Shown here: piece after piece, positions 49,490 to 61,949 of the stretch | Layout: each line of letters starts with the position of its first letter | How positions within the stretch are numbered: the stretch's first letter is position 1 | DNA from: Lytechinus pictus | Lineage: Eukaryota | Length of the DNA stretch: 64,000 nt | Direction of reading: 5' to 3' | NCBI RefSeq assembly: GCF_037042905.1 | Contig: NC_087251.1 | Location: 42,534,001-42,598,000 of the forward strand | The notes under the pieces: model-generated | Databases searched by the model: none | The model's input: only the letters and a program-made list of their open reading frames with translations | Told to the model about the DNA's origin: nothing | Program-made: the position numbers and the translations under genes

Positions 49490-50806
49490 AACGAGCACAT
49501 CAATGATGTGGAGTTCATCCGGCATCTCGCAACGAAATTTAACACAATTTTAATTTCATCCCAGTTGACACTGTAGTGAATTATACTGGTGACATAAATT
49601 GAGGATATAGAATTGAAATTGATGAAGAAATGACATAGAAGCATTTTTTGTGATCTATGAATAATTTCATATAATTTAAGTATAAATAACTTTCTAGTCA
49701 AAATTTCTTTACTATATGTAGAACCTTGGTGAACCTCATGTAGCTCTCAGATGGAACAAAAATAATCAAAATCAATTAACAAATAAATAAGTAATTATTT
49801 GGGAGTTTTGAAAATATATGAATAAATTAGCATACTTAATGAATTTCAAAATTCTGTGTTGAAATTTTGTATCACCACCTCGAGCTATCATATTAAGCAA
49901 ACAAAATTGAAATTGATCAACAAATGAAGAAGAAAAAACATTTTTTTGTGATTTATGAATAAATTTTGCATAAATTAGCATAAATAATTTTCCAGACAAA
50001 ATTTTGTGTACAAGTTTGGTAAGCCTCATGCAGCTCAACCAGATGGAAGAAAAAAAAAAAAAAATCTGTCAACAAATAAAGAAGAGGCATTTTCTGTGAT
50101 TTATGAATAAATTTCGCCTAAATTAGCATAATAAATTTTCTACTGAAAATTTCAAAATTCTGTGTAGAAGTTAGGTGAACCTCATGAAGCTCTACCAGAT
50201 GGAAGAAAACAAATCAAACTCGGTCAACAAATAAAGAAGAAGAGGCATTTTCTGTGATTTCTGAATAAATTTCGCATAAATTAGCATAAATAATTTTCTA
50301 CTGAAAATTTCAAAATTCTGTGTAAAAGTATGGTGAACCTCATGAAGTTCTACCAGATGGAAGAAAACAAAATCTAAATCGGTCAATAATTACAGAAGAA
50401 AAAGCATTTTATGTGAATTTTTAAAAATATGAATAAAATAATTTCGCATAAATTAGCATAAAAATTGTTCTGGTCAAAATTTCAAAATTCTGTGTAAAAG
50501 TTCGGTGAACCTCATAGAGCTCTACCAGATGGAAGCAAAAAATTCAAAATCGGTCAACAAATAAAGAAGAAGAAGCATTTTTTGTGAATTTTGAAAAATG
50601 CGCATAAATTAGCATATTTAATGAATTTCATAATTCTGTGTAGAAGTTTTGAATCCCCCACCTAGTGCTATCATATAAAGCAAACAGAATTGAAATCGGA
50701 CTTGAAATGGCAAAGAAGTAGCATTTTGAAATTGTGGACGGACGACAGACGACGGACGCCACGCCACGGCATAAGCTCATCTAGCCCTTCGGGCCGGATG
50801 AGCTAA
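49490..50806. mobile_element. Helentron-associated (HINE/DINE-1-like) non-autonomous element with internal ~155-bp tandem array
   Basis: Inserted in an A-run; units marked by GGTGAACCTCAT at 49728, 50174, 50332, 50504; GACG/GACA microsatellite at 50737-50759; terminal stem-loop AGCTCATC...GATGAGCT 50774-50804. Confidence 0.7.
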
Positions 50807-52162
50807 AATAACGTTTCTTTCTCATGTTTTATATTGCTATTATACCAGATAATTTCTTGGTTTATATCGCAAACATTAAACATGTGAATATACTTTATTT
50901 CAGACCACGATCTAAAAAGGTCAATGTAAAACACAGGTCATTGTTTTCTTTTGCATATTCTTATTATATCATTTTTTGGCAATAAAATCTCAAACACATA
51001 GGAATGTCAGAAATTTTACTGATCCAATAATTGAATAAAATTTTCCATGGTTTTTTCACCTGAGATATATTTTTGAATCCATGATAAACGAAGAGAAAAA
51101 CATTTGTAAAGTAAATTGACCATTCTAAGGCCTCCTTCTATTTCAGAATTACAGCATACATTACGTTTGACCTTTTCAGCTTTGGAATTCCATAAAAAAG
51201 AGTATATTAATCTATTTACCAATTTAATTATTTTCAATGGTACTGGGACTGCTGTGGCTGTATATACTAATTGAGAAGTGACTAAATGCTTTATGACAGT
51301 CACCTTCCTATACAATGTTAGTTTTCGCATTTTCCATAAATCTGAAGTTCTTTTTATTTTCTTCACTTTACCTTCCCAATTTAAGTTTTCAACTTCTCTA
51401 TGAAATTTTCAAACATAAACCCCAATACATTTTATAGCATTTTCTGTAAATTCTAATTCCTCAGTGTTTTGGACATTGATATTTAATCTCATGAACTTAG
51501 ATTTTGACCAATTAATTTTGGGACCAGCATTTTTACCAAAGTTTACTACTTCTCTCATTATTTCTTAAACAGAGTTGACAGAATCGGCAAAAATTGTAGT
51601 ATCATCTGCACACTGAACTATACGAATATCTATGAAATCTGAACAATCTGATTCAGGGTTAGGTACTTGAATACCTCAAATTTTTTAATTTTGTTTAACT
51701 TCTGCTGCTAAACTTCTGCAAAATAATAAACAAAAGGGCAGACAATAGACATCCTTCTTACACCCCTATTAATCGAAAAAAAATTGATATCCAACCATAA
51801 CTCATTATTTTACCACTGGCGATATTATACAAAGTCTCAATCCATTTAATAAACGATTTTTTATAAAACCAAGTTCTTCTAGTAAAGTGAATAAGAAATT
51901 ATGATAAACGGTGTCAAAGGCTTTCTTAAAGTCTAATGACATAATGATACCAGGTGTCTCAGTACTTTGTCAAAAGTCAATTTTGTCCTGTACAAGTCTT
52001 ATGCATTCAGGTGCAGAACGATTTTTCATAAAACCAAACTGATCTGAAGATACAATGCAATAAATAATTTTCTTTAAACAGTCAAAACACGAGCTGCTAA
52101 TAAGAAGTGATATGGGCCGCCAATTATCTAGAAGATTTTTGTTGCCCTTTTTATAAGAGTAA

Positions 52163-53815
52163 GGCTGCGTTTATTCGACCTCAAGCCAGAATCATGATTT
52201 GAATCATGATTTGAATCACGATTCAAAACACGAACATGAATCATGATTCAAAACACAAACATGAATCACAATATCACAGAATCAGCGTTTAGACGACCTT
52301 CATTCCAATGCTGTTTCTCCTCAGATTCGGGCCAATCCAGTGCGCATCACTAGTGCGCAGTTTGACAGAGGAAGTTTTTCGCACGTGTTTCGGCTCTCGA
52401 AAAATCTTTTGCTTCCAGAATTCAGTCTATACCTCATTTTGTTTACTTCCATCATATAGGGTCCATATGCTTCTATTCATCTTGTTAGTTTTATAAAAAA
52501 TGGTGTTCGGAGGTGGATTTCAGCGTAGATCCAATTTAATATTGATACTGTATACTCAACAACAACTGAGATCATTGTCTGTCCAGTTAATTCATTTACG
52601 AGAACTTGAAGTTGCAGACATGACCAAAAAATGAAAAGTAGTGGACGATGCGATGACCAACACAGAACTTGAACATGACAAGAAATGCATGCGTAGTACA
52701 TATTCATGTACATACAGCGCCTTGAGCTTGGCAAGAGTCAAACCGAAAGTAGCCCGACACAACAGTGAGGTCATAGAATCATGATTGTAATCACGATATC
52801 GTTTATTCGAACATTTTCGTACGTGATTCTGCAGAAACGTATTTCCAAACGCCCCTTTTTTCGTGTTTCATGTTTGTGATTCTAATCATGATTATATTCA
52901 ATTTCGACTAAGCGCAATCGTGATTCTGCAGAATCATGATTTGAATCATGATTCAGATCATGATAGGCTGCGTTTATGCGACCTCAATCCAGAATCATGA
53001 TTTGAATCATGATTTGAATCATGATTCAAAACACAAACATGAATCACGATATCACAGAATCAGCGTTTAGACGACCTTCATTCCAATGCTGTTTCTCCTC
53101 AGATTCGGGCCAATCCAGTGCGCATCACTAGTGCGCAGTTTGACAGAGGAAGTTTTTCGCACGTGTTTCGGCTCTCGAAAAATCTTTTGCTTCAGAATTC
53201 AGTCTATACCTAATTTTGTTTAATTCTATCATATAGGGTCCATATGCTTCTATTCATCTTGTTAGTTTATCCAAAATGGTGTTCGGAAGTGAATTTCAGC
53301 GTAGATCCAATTTAATATTGACACTCTATACTCAACAACAACTGAGATCATTGTCTGTCCAGTTAATTCATTTACTAGAACTTGAAGTTGAAGACATGAC
53401 CAAAAAATGAAAAGTAGTGGACGATGCAATGACCAACACAGAACTTGAACATGACAAGAAATGCATGCGTAGTACATAATCATGTACATACAATGAGCAT
53501 ATAGAGAGCCTTGAGCTTGGCAAGAGTCAAACCGAAAGTAGCCCGACACTAGTGAGGTCATATAATCATGATTCAAATCACGATATCGTTTATTCGAACA
53601 TTTTCGTACGTGATTCTGCAGAAACGTCTTTCCAAACGCCCCTTTTTTCGTGTTTCATGTTTGTGATTCTAATCATGATTATATTCAATTTCGACTAAAC
53701 GCAATCGTGATTCTGCAGAATCATGATTTGAATCATGATTCAGATCATGATTCTAGGGTGAAAAAGTGGCGGATAAACGCACCCTAGGGTAAAAAAGTGG
53801 CGGATAAACGCATCC
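52163..53815. mobile_element. PIF/Harbinger-like MITE with a second copy of itself (52966-53784) nested near its right end
   Basis: TAA|GGCTGCGTTTAT ... ATAAACGCATCC|TAA; removing it rejoins LINE QAIL/TL..KKG; two ~800-bp direct copies and a doubled right end. Confidence 0.8.
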
Positions 53816-56199
53816 TAAGAATGGCTTGACTTTGAGTTGAGGACAATTGTGTTTTCTCATATCCCTGATTCAGACTGGCAACTACCATCTGTTTCAAGTC
53901 CTCCCAAAAACATTTATAAAATTCAACACTTAGGCCGTCACTACCAGGAGACTTGTTAAGATTCATTGACTTTAGTGCGAGCCAGCATTCATTTTCAGTA
54001 AGCTTTCCCTCACATATATTTGCTTCTTCATCATTCAAAACATATAACTTTAAGTTACCTATATATTCTTTAAAATCAGATCTTACATCATCTTTTTGAT
54101 ACAGTTTAGTATAGAATTCATGTATATTTGACAAAATTTTCTCATCTTCCTTAATAATCTTTCCATTAATATCAATACAGTCTATTTCTTTCTTCTTGCC
54201 TTTTGCTTTTTCAAGCTGGAAGAAATATTTAGACGATTTCTCTCCAAACTCAAGCCACATTGCTCTTTGATGTCATAAAATAAACTCAGAAATTGTCACT
54301 ACATAAACTTTGCCATGTCAACATGTCACATCCCGCCTCCGGACCTCCCCTTTTCCCTGTCTATTTCGTTTACGTATAGATGCCACCCTTGAGAAGTGTG
54401 AAAACATCAAATGCAGCTGCCTTTTCGATACAATGGCACAAATCAACAGATAGTTAAAACAAGGTGTGTTTATAGGTGCCACTGAATTCAACTCTTGCGC
54501 CAGCTGTATAAGCACCCTATTTTCCCTAGCTTAATGGAAAGTAAGAATTGCCAAAAACGTTTTGGGTATCAAACAGCAGTGGCGGACCGTGACCCGGAGG
54601 AGACAAAGCATTGGGGGGGGGGGGCACAGCATTGTTCACAGACAATACAGTGCCCCCCATCCCCCCTTGGCTACCAACGTATGTAACCAGTTATACCAAA
54701 GGAACTGACCAACCAGGTAAGTAAATCGAATAATTATTATTGTTACAACAGAGAAGTTTAGAAAATAGTAAGACGAAATTGAATACTCAACTCCACATTT
54801 TTATTGACGGCTCCAAACCGCTACCCAAAGAAAGGACAGATTTTAAAATATGTGCTCAGAAAAAGTGCTTTAGGCATTTTGTGTTAATACTGATTTACCA
54901 ATTGTTTTATGGTAATTTAGGGGTGCTGAATCCAAAAATGCTGTTTGTCAAACTTGATTCCGACGTTTTCATCCTCAAATCGGCAAAAAACAAAATGGCG
55001 GCATTTTTTTAATGCAGTTTCCCATATTAAACGATTTTTATGGGTGATTATATTTCAAAAATTGGGATCTATGCGTTATTTTTTATTCCCAGGGTTGCAA
55101 ACATAATGTGTCCGATTGATTCGTCAGCCATCTTTAATTCAAAGATGGCTGCCATGATTCACAGCTGCTGATTTGATAATATGACCAAATGTTTGATAAT
55201 TTGGGGGTGATGCTGGCATATTCACATTGCGATATCTTTAACGTGTCCGCCATTTTTTCCTCGCCTGCATAGCAGAAGCAAGACATAGACGTCGTTTTTC
55301 CGACGGCGGCGGCGAAGTCAACATCAAATCTTAACCGACGTTAAGTTTTTGATATGTCATAACTTTTAGACCTTCCAAAATGGCGTCTATAATGGACGTT
55401 GTAACTTTGAAATGGTCCACATTCATATAATATCCACCTGGTAGAAATAATTTTGGGGTCTACCGAGAATAAAATAAAACATATAAAAAAAATCGTGGTT
55501 CCAAAGGGAAAAATTACATTGGAAAAAATTCAAAGTTTATCAGTGGTGCAGTTTTGCCCCAAAAAAATGATGATGGCTTAAAAAATAGTTGCTATTTCTT
55601 AAAAATCTGGCTGCAAAGTTCATATACTATCTATCTACAATGTAGAAACATTTTTGTGTCTTTCTCATGATTTCAAGGGTCAAATGATATAGGTCAAGAC
55701 GAATTACAGGGATACACTGTTGTCCATTTTGTAGAAAAAAAATGAAGAACGCTCCAAAAATTACATTCAAATTGGCCATCATTGTTACAAAAATGACAAT
55801 ACTTCATATCCCATCTAGTGCCACTATTTTGGTGTCTCTGTTTCTAAGACTCATGAAAATATGTTTTACAAGAATTAGTGACATAATTAGATGGTGGTGC
55901 AACAATAAGTAAACATCCAAAAACAAACTTTAAAAAACAAGGTACACTTTCACCTAAAAAATTCCATAATTCAATCATAAGTATTTCAAGAAACGTCATC
56001 TTTGTGCTTAGGACTATCCTATGGTTTCATGATTAGGGGACAGCAGTAATTTTTTTACGCAATTTTAGAAGTCGCTTTGGACTTTTTTCGACGAAAAGGA
56101 AACTGACCATCCTTTTTATTTGTCCCGATTTATTATTTTAGCCTTTAAACCACAATAGTGTAGATTTTGTTTACCTAATTTTGACTATGTTTAGGTGAT

Positions 56200-57800
56200 G
56201 GAAGTCATCTTAGACTCATTTTGAAAGCCAATTTTAAATAACAGCCAAAATGGATTGTAACTAATCCAAAAGTATTTTTTAACCCTTGAAACCGTAGTGT
56301 AGACACCAACATCATATCTCCCAAATGGATTCTAAATTGATTATGTCAATTTTTAAGTATCAGCAGCCATTTTAGACTCCTTAATTGGAAATCATCTTGG
56401 ATTTTTAGACATACAGGACTATTGACTGTCCTTGTAACTTATCCTAATGTATTACTTGACCATTTAAACCAAGGGTTAGACAATAATCATATACCCCAGG
56501 CGGATATTAAACAAACTATGTCAGTTTTTAGGTAACAATAGCCATTTTAGACTCCAATTTTGGAAGCCTTCTTGGATTATTGGACATGCTCAACCTCTGA
56601 CTGTCCTTGTAACTTGTCCTAATTTATTACTTGACCCTTTAAACCATGGGTTAAAGACCAAACTTATATACTCCAGGCTGATATTAAACAAACTATGTCA
56701 GTTTTTCGGTAAGAAGGGCCTATATAGACTCCATTTTTGGAAGCCATTATGGATTTTTGGACATACTGGAACCACTAACTGTTCTTGTAACTTGTCCAAA
56801 TCTAATACTTGACCCTTTAAACCATGCGTTATACTAAAAAAATCATATTCTCCAAGCGGTTATTTAACAAACTGTGTCGGTTTGTAATTAAAGGTCAAGT
56901 CTACCTCAGAAAAATGTTGATTTGAATCAATAGAGAAAAATCAGACGAGCACAATGCTGAAAATTTCATCAAAATCGGATGTAAAATAAAATAAGTTATG
57001 ACATTTCAAAGTTTCGCTTATTTTTAACAAAATAGTTATATGAACGAGCCAGTTACATCCAAATGAGAGAGTCGATGACATCACTCACTCACTATTTCTT
57101 TTGTTTTTTATTGTTTGAATTATACAATATTTCAATTTTTACGGATTTGACGATTAGGACCTCCTTGCCTGAAGCACAAAATGTTAAAATAATGGAATTC
57201 CACGTGTTCAGGGAGGAATGAAACTTCATTTCACATGACAATGACGAGAAAATCAAAATATTTCATATTTCATATAATAAAATACAAAAGAAATAGTGAG
57301 TGAGTGATGTCATCAGTTCCCTCATTTGCATACCGACCGAGATGTGCATATAACTGTTTTGTGAAATGAAATGAAGCGAAACTTTAAAATGTCATAACTT
57401 TCTTATTTTACATCCGATTTTGATGAAATTATCAGTGTTATGCTTGTTGAATTTTTCTCTTTTTATTCAAATCAAGTTTTTGTTGGGGTGGACTTGTCCT
57501 TTAACGACAGACATTTTATACTCCATTTTTGCAAACCATCTTGGATTTTTGGACATGGAGGACCATAGACTGTCTTTTTACTTGTCCCAAAGTATTTCTT
57601 GACCCATTAAACCATGGGTTAGACACCAACATCATATCTCCAAGGCAGATATTAGACAAACTATGTCGGGTTTGGGGGGTTTTTAGATAACAACAGCTAT
57701 TTTAGACTCCAATTTTGAAAGCCATCTTGGATTTTTGGACATAGTGGACTGTTGACTGTCCTTGTAATTTGTCCCGATTACTTCTTGACCCTTGAAATCA
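56200..57800. repeat. ~175-bp degenerate tandem array, interrupted by a TTAA element
   Basis: TAGACTC..TTGGAAGCCATCTTGGATTTTTGGACAT units at about 56211, 56373, 56548, 56726, 57518, 57703. Confidence 0.75.
56892..57500. mobile_element. TTAA-type (Kolobok-like) element
   Basis: TTAA|AGGTCAAGTCTACCTC ... GGGGTGGACTTGTCCT|TTAA. Confidence 0.85.
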
Positions 57801-59275
57801 CCAATGAATAAAACCCAAATAAAAGACACGAAAAATACGTAATAGATGAATTATGAATTTTTAGGCCATGGTAGCCATTTTTACGCAATCTTGGATTTTC
57901 AGGTACCCTGGAGTGCTTATGTTCACTCTTTCCTTTTTCGCACTCCACCACTGAATACATGTATGCACCGAAAAAGGTGTCTAGGGTAGATAAAGTGCCG
58001 GTTATTTTAATTTTCAGTTAATGGCGGCCATCTTAGATGCCATCTTGAAAATAACCACTTTTCCGGATACGGATTTTGGTGGATTTTTAGTATGTTATTT
58101 CTGAGATCAAATAGTACCAAAAACCATTGACAAACATTTTTGTTACAAGTTTTGGGGGGGTCAGAATAGAGTAAAAATGGGTGTAGAATGGCGGCTATAT
58201 TGTTTTGCCAATTTGAGGATTTTAACATAAAAATCAAGGTTGGCAAACAGCAAATTTGGACTCAGCGACCTCAAATTATGTTAAAGCATTTCTCAGTTCA
58301 GCATTAACACGATTTGCCTAAGGCAGTCTACTTTTCTCAAATCTGGACCTGACTAGTAGTTCTGCTTTTTGCGTTCCTGCTTTCTCTTCCCGGGTGGGGG
58401 GGGGGCACTTCCATTGACGAGTGGATACCATGCGCGACCATGGGGTCTCGAAACGCACCCTAAACAAGTATTTTCCATATTCTGAAAATGCACCCCTTAA
58501 CAAGTAATGTCGTGTGAAACCCTGCCCTTATCAAGTATTGGAAACAAAACGATACTCTTGACGAGTATTCCCTGGCTCCAGGGATCGAGTAATGGTCAGA
58601 ATATATCACATCAGCATGATGGATACCCATGACTACAATGAGCATGCCTGCACGATGTTGCCTCTTTGTCAGAAATAATATAAATGTCACACATAAGAAT
58701 TAATTAAGGAGCAATTGGAGCCCAACTTATCATATCATCCTCAATCCTAACCTCATTATTTTATTCGTAAGTTAATTCAAATAACATGTTAAGGATCTTT
58801 CTTAGGAGCTGGGAGCATTGATCAATCGATGTATCTGTTAACATAGTGCACATAATTATACCCCGATACATTACAATACTTTCTGTTGATTAAAATATTA
58901 TGAACAAAGAAAATGGATGAAATGTATCTTTACATATCAAAGACTATATTGAAAATGAATTGAAATTGAATTGAATTCCTAAATCAAGAAACTCGGAAAG
59001 AGTTGGTTACACTTATAGTCCAGGATAGGCCCCATAGAATGATAAAGAACTTATTTATTATCATTACCGTCATTATTATTAACTTAATAATGAGAAAGGT
59101 CATCTTGAAGTTCATCATAATGATTTCGTCTTTTATTACTACTTTTGGTTTATTAACATATTAATTCATCTCGTATATAAATATGTATTACTTTTCTGTT
59201 GCCAATATACCTTGTTTACACCCTCACCCCCCCCCCCCCGCACGACTGGAATATTCTTTTTTTTATCAAATCAAC

Positions 59276-59401
59276 TGCGCCTGCGCACAACCTGTATGAC
59301 GTCAGCTCGAATTCCATGAAAAGTCAGTGACAGACGTAGACGACATTTCTTTCTCCTGCAATTTTGTCGATTTTTTGTGATTGTTCTATTAATTGGTAAG
59401 T
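59276..59401 (+). promoter_or_regulatory. candidate promoter and short non-coding first exon of a gene running out of the window
   Basis: NRF1-like TGCGCCTGCGCA (59276), perfect CRE TGACGTCA (59297), Inr-like TCAGT (59324), donor G|GTAAGT (59396). Confidence 0.5.
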
Positions 59402-59960
59402 CGATATATTTGTGAAGATCGAGTAACATTGTTTAATGATTGTAAATTGGAATGACATGTCTGACCAATTTTGTGAATTTCGAGGAGCCAAATTTTAGTG
59501 AAGATTTTCTCTGCTCTACGTCACGGTGGTATTCAATGACAAAATGTCATCCTGAGCAGTTTGAAATATGAAGATAGTCTTGTAGGGAGATAGGGTTCCC
59601 ATGCACCCCATTGATATGTTTTTTTAACCTACATTTTTTTAATCCTTATGATGTCTAGTGAATGAATTTTGATGTTCCCAAAACGAAATATTGTCCCATG
59701 GGGTTCAAATCCAAGATTGAAGATGGCGTCCAAAATGGCCGCCATATTCATGGAATTTGGATTTTTGTACATAGATTCCGACACAAACATTCATTTGCCA
59801 CAAAATGAGTGTCATATGAAAGATAAATAAATTTTCTACAAGTTGATACTATTCACTGGTGATGAAAAGATAATTCGGCTGAGATTTTCATAAGAAAAGA
59901 GCAATTTTGAGATTTTTTCCAAAAAAATTGAAAATTTGCGAAATACATGATTTAGGCCTA

Positions 59961-60571
59961 CCGTAAGGGCACTAGTATTCAACCCGTTTGGAGAGTTTCC
60001 TCAAATATATAGAAATATAGAATTTACCTGAATTTCAGACCCGTCTTATTTCCAAGAGCAAATGCTGGTTATTCTTTTTCCGTTATTTTTTTATTCAACC
60101 AGTTGAATGTGTGCGCGGGTGATCGAATTATACGGCGACGGATTTTGGTACTAGTATTCAACCCGTCGGCACTAGTATTCAACCTAGCGATGAAAGATGG
60201 CCCTGTCTCTCAATCTACCCTTGTCCCATCCGACTATGGACTAGACCATTTGAGATGAGACCAAACAGGGAATTAATCAAAGCCAGAGACTTACATAGAT
60301 CTAGATCTAATTTAGCAATCTAAACCCTTTTGAGATTTGCTATCAATCCTCACTAGGTTGAATACTAGTGCCATTCAGTGCAAAAGGCCATCGCCGCATA
60401 ATTCGATCCTCCGCGCATACAGTCGACAGATTGACAAAGAAAATACCGACAACAGATTACCCTGGAAATAACAAAGGTATGAAATTAAGATAAATTCCCT
60501 ATTTCTAAATATTTTGGGGAATATATCAAAATCTTTGAATTATGCCGGGTTGAATACTAGTACCCATACGG
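59961..60571. mobile_element. pogo/Tc-like MITE
   Basis: TA|CCGTAAGGGCACTAGTATTCAACCC ... GGGTTGAATACTAGTACCCATACGG|TA; motif ACTAGTATTCAACC repeated internally. Confidence 0.8.
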
Positions 60572-61949
60572 TACCATAAATCTTATGAAAATGATGGTAT
60601 TGCCTTAAAATTTCTAGAAAACTTTCCTAATATACAAGTATTAAGTGGACAAAATTCCAAATCGATATCATTTTTCTTTACAAACTTATAATGTCTCAAA
60701 CTTGAAAATTAAATTTTCAGAAATTTAGCTTTTTACTGCATATCACAGACTAGGATATACTAATGTATATTGTCACATTTCAACCCAGAAAATGGAAATG
60801 GGCCTTAATAAAAAGCGAAATTAGCTATTATTTTGTTGGTAGAATTTATTACAATCCCTTTATTCTTCAATTTAAAGTCGGTTGATATAGTTTTTGAAAG
60901 AATTAAGACTTTTGGACAAAATGTGTATGTTTTCGGTAAAAAAAATTGCACATGCACTGTTATTGATCAGATTTATTATGAATAGCCGTAATAAATGCAC
61001 AATCTCAACATTCGATATGAAAGAGGAGGTATCAACGAGAATATCGACAGGCTTCATGCCACCACAAGTATCTTCATTTGCTTCAGATATAAGGAAAATA
61101 TAAGTGTGGCAGTCACACCCATGAAAACGATTGCAAAGTTATTATGGTATGTCATACAAATAATACAATAGCTTTGATCAGCCTCTAGCATCGATTGTGT
61201 TGGCATGACTAACACACCGTGTACAGTATGTGCATGATAATAGAAATGTATATGATTCAGTAGGATGTAAATACAAAAAAGGCGTTCCTGTTACATCATA
61301 AAGAAATTTATTTAATAAAGTTTCTCGTAAGCAGTTATAAGATACACTAGCATTGCAGGTAATAGAGATGAAGTTCTGACACATCAATACACAACTCAAA
61401 GAAACATGTCAAAGCTACCCCACATGCACCTTATTTGTATTTTTAATCCATGGCCTGTATTCCAAAATCAGGTTTATTTTCGAACACGGTCTAACTCTTT
61501 TCTAAATCTATGAAGAGCCAAAATTTAAAAATTCTGTTTATATCTTATATCTGTTATGTTTACTACTCTGTTCCTTTTTCTTTCATAATGAAGAAAAAAA
61601 CTCAATTATCATTCTCAGACAATTATGAACAATTTGGGGGTCAATATTAATGGAATTGGCTCTCCACAGTGAAAGGTCATTGGGCGAAATTCTGTCGTCA
61701 ATCAAAAAGTGATCATAGTCGAAAACCATATCATAGTTCAGATGACCAAAGATCTGACATGGTATCTGACGATCAATAACCAAAACAAAAGAAATCACGA
61801 TCAAAATCAAAAGGTCGAAAGAACTAACCGATCAGTGAAGTGGACACAGCACACGATACTATCACAGATCATGATAATCATCAGTCTAAAGGCAGTCCAT
61901 CCAACTTTGCATAATTTGACACAATACACACAAATGGGCCAACCACAGT

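Larger units (their letters stand above)
48617..54270 (-). mobile_element. decayed Tx1/L1-clade LINE ORF2, interrupted by two insertions
   Basis: WLEFGEKSSKYFF, NKSPGSDGLSVEFYK, NWRPISLL, DFKKAFDTV, CADDTT, EGGLRMVN, C-terminal CRTC..ETICHFLLIC; frameshifts. Confidence 0.88.
54873..58318. mobile_element. ~3.4-kb TA-flanked non-autonomous TIR element with internal ~175-bp array
   Basis: TA|GGCATTTTGTGTTAATACTG ... CAGCATTAACACGATTTGCC|TA, imperfect inverted similarity extending ~90 bp; many AAAATGGC motifs. Confidence 0.55.
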
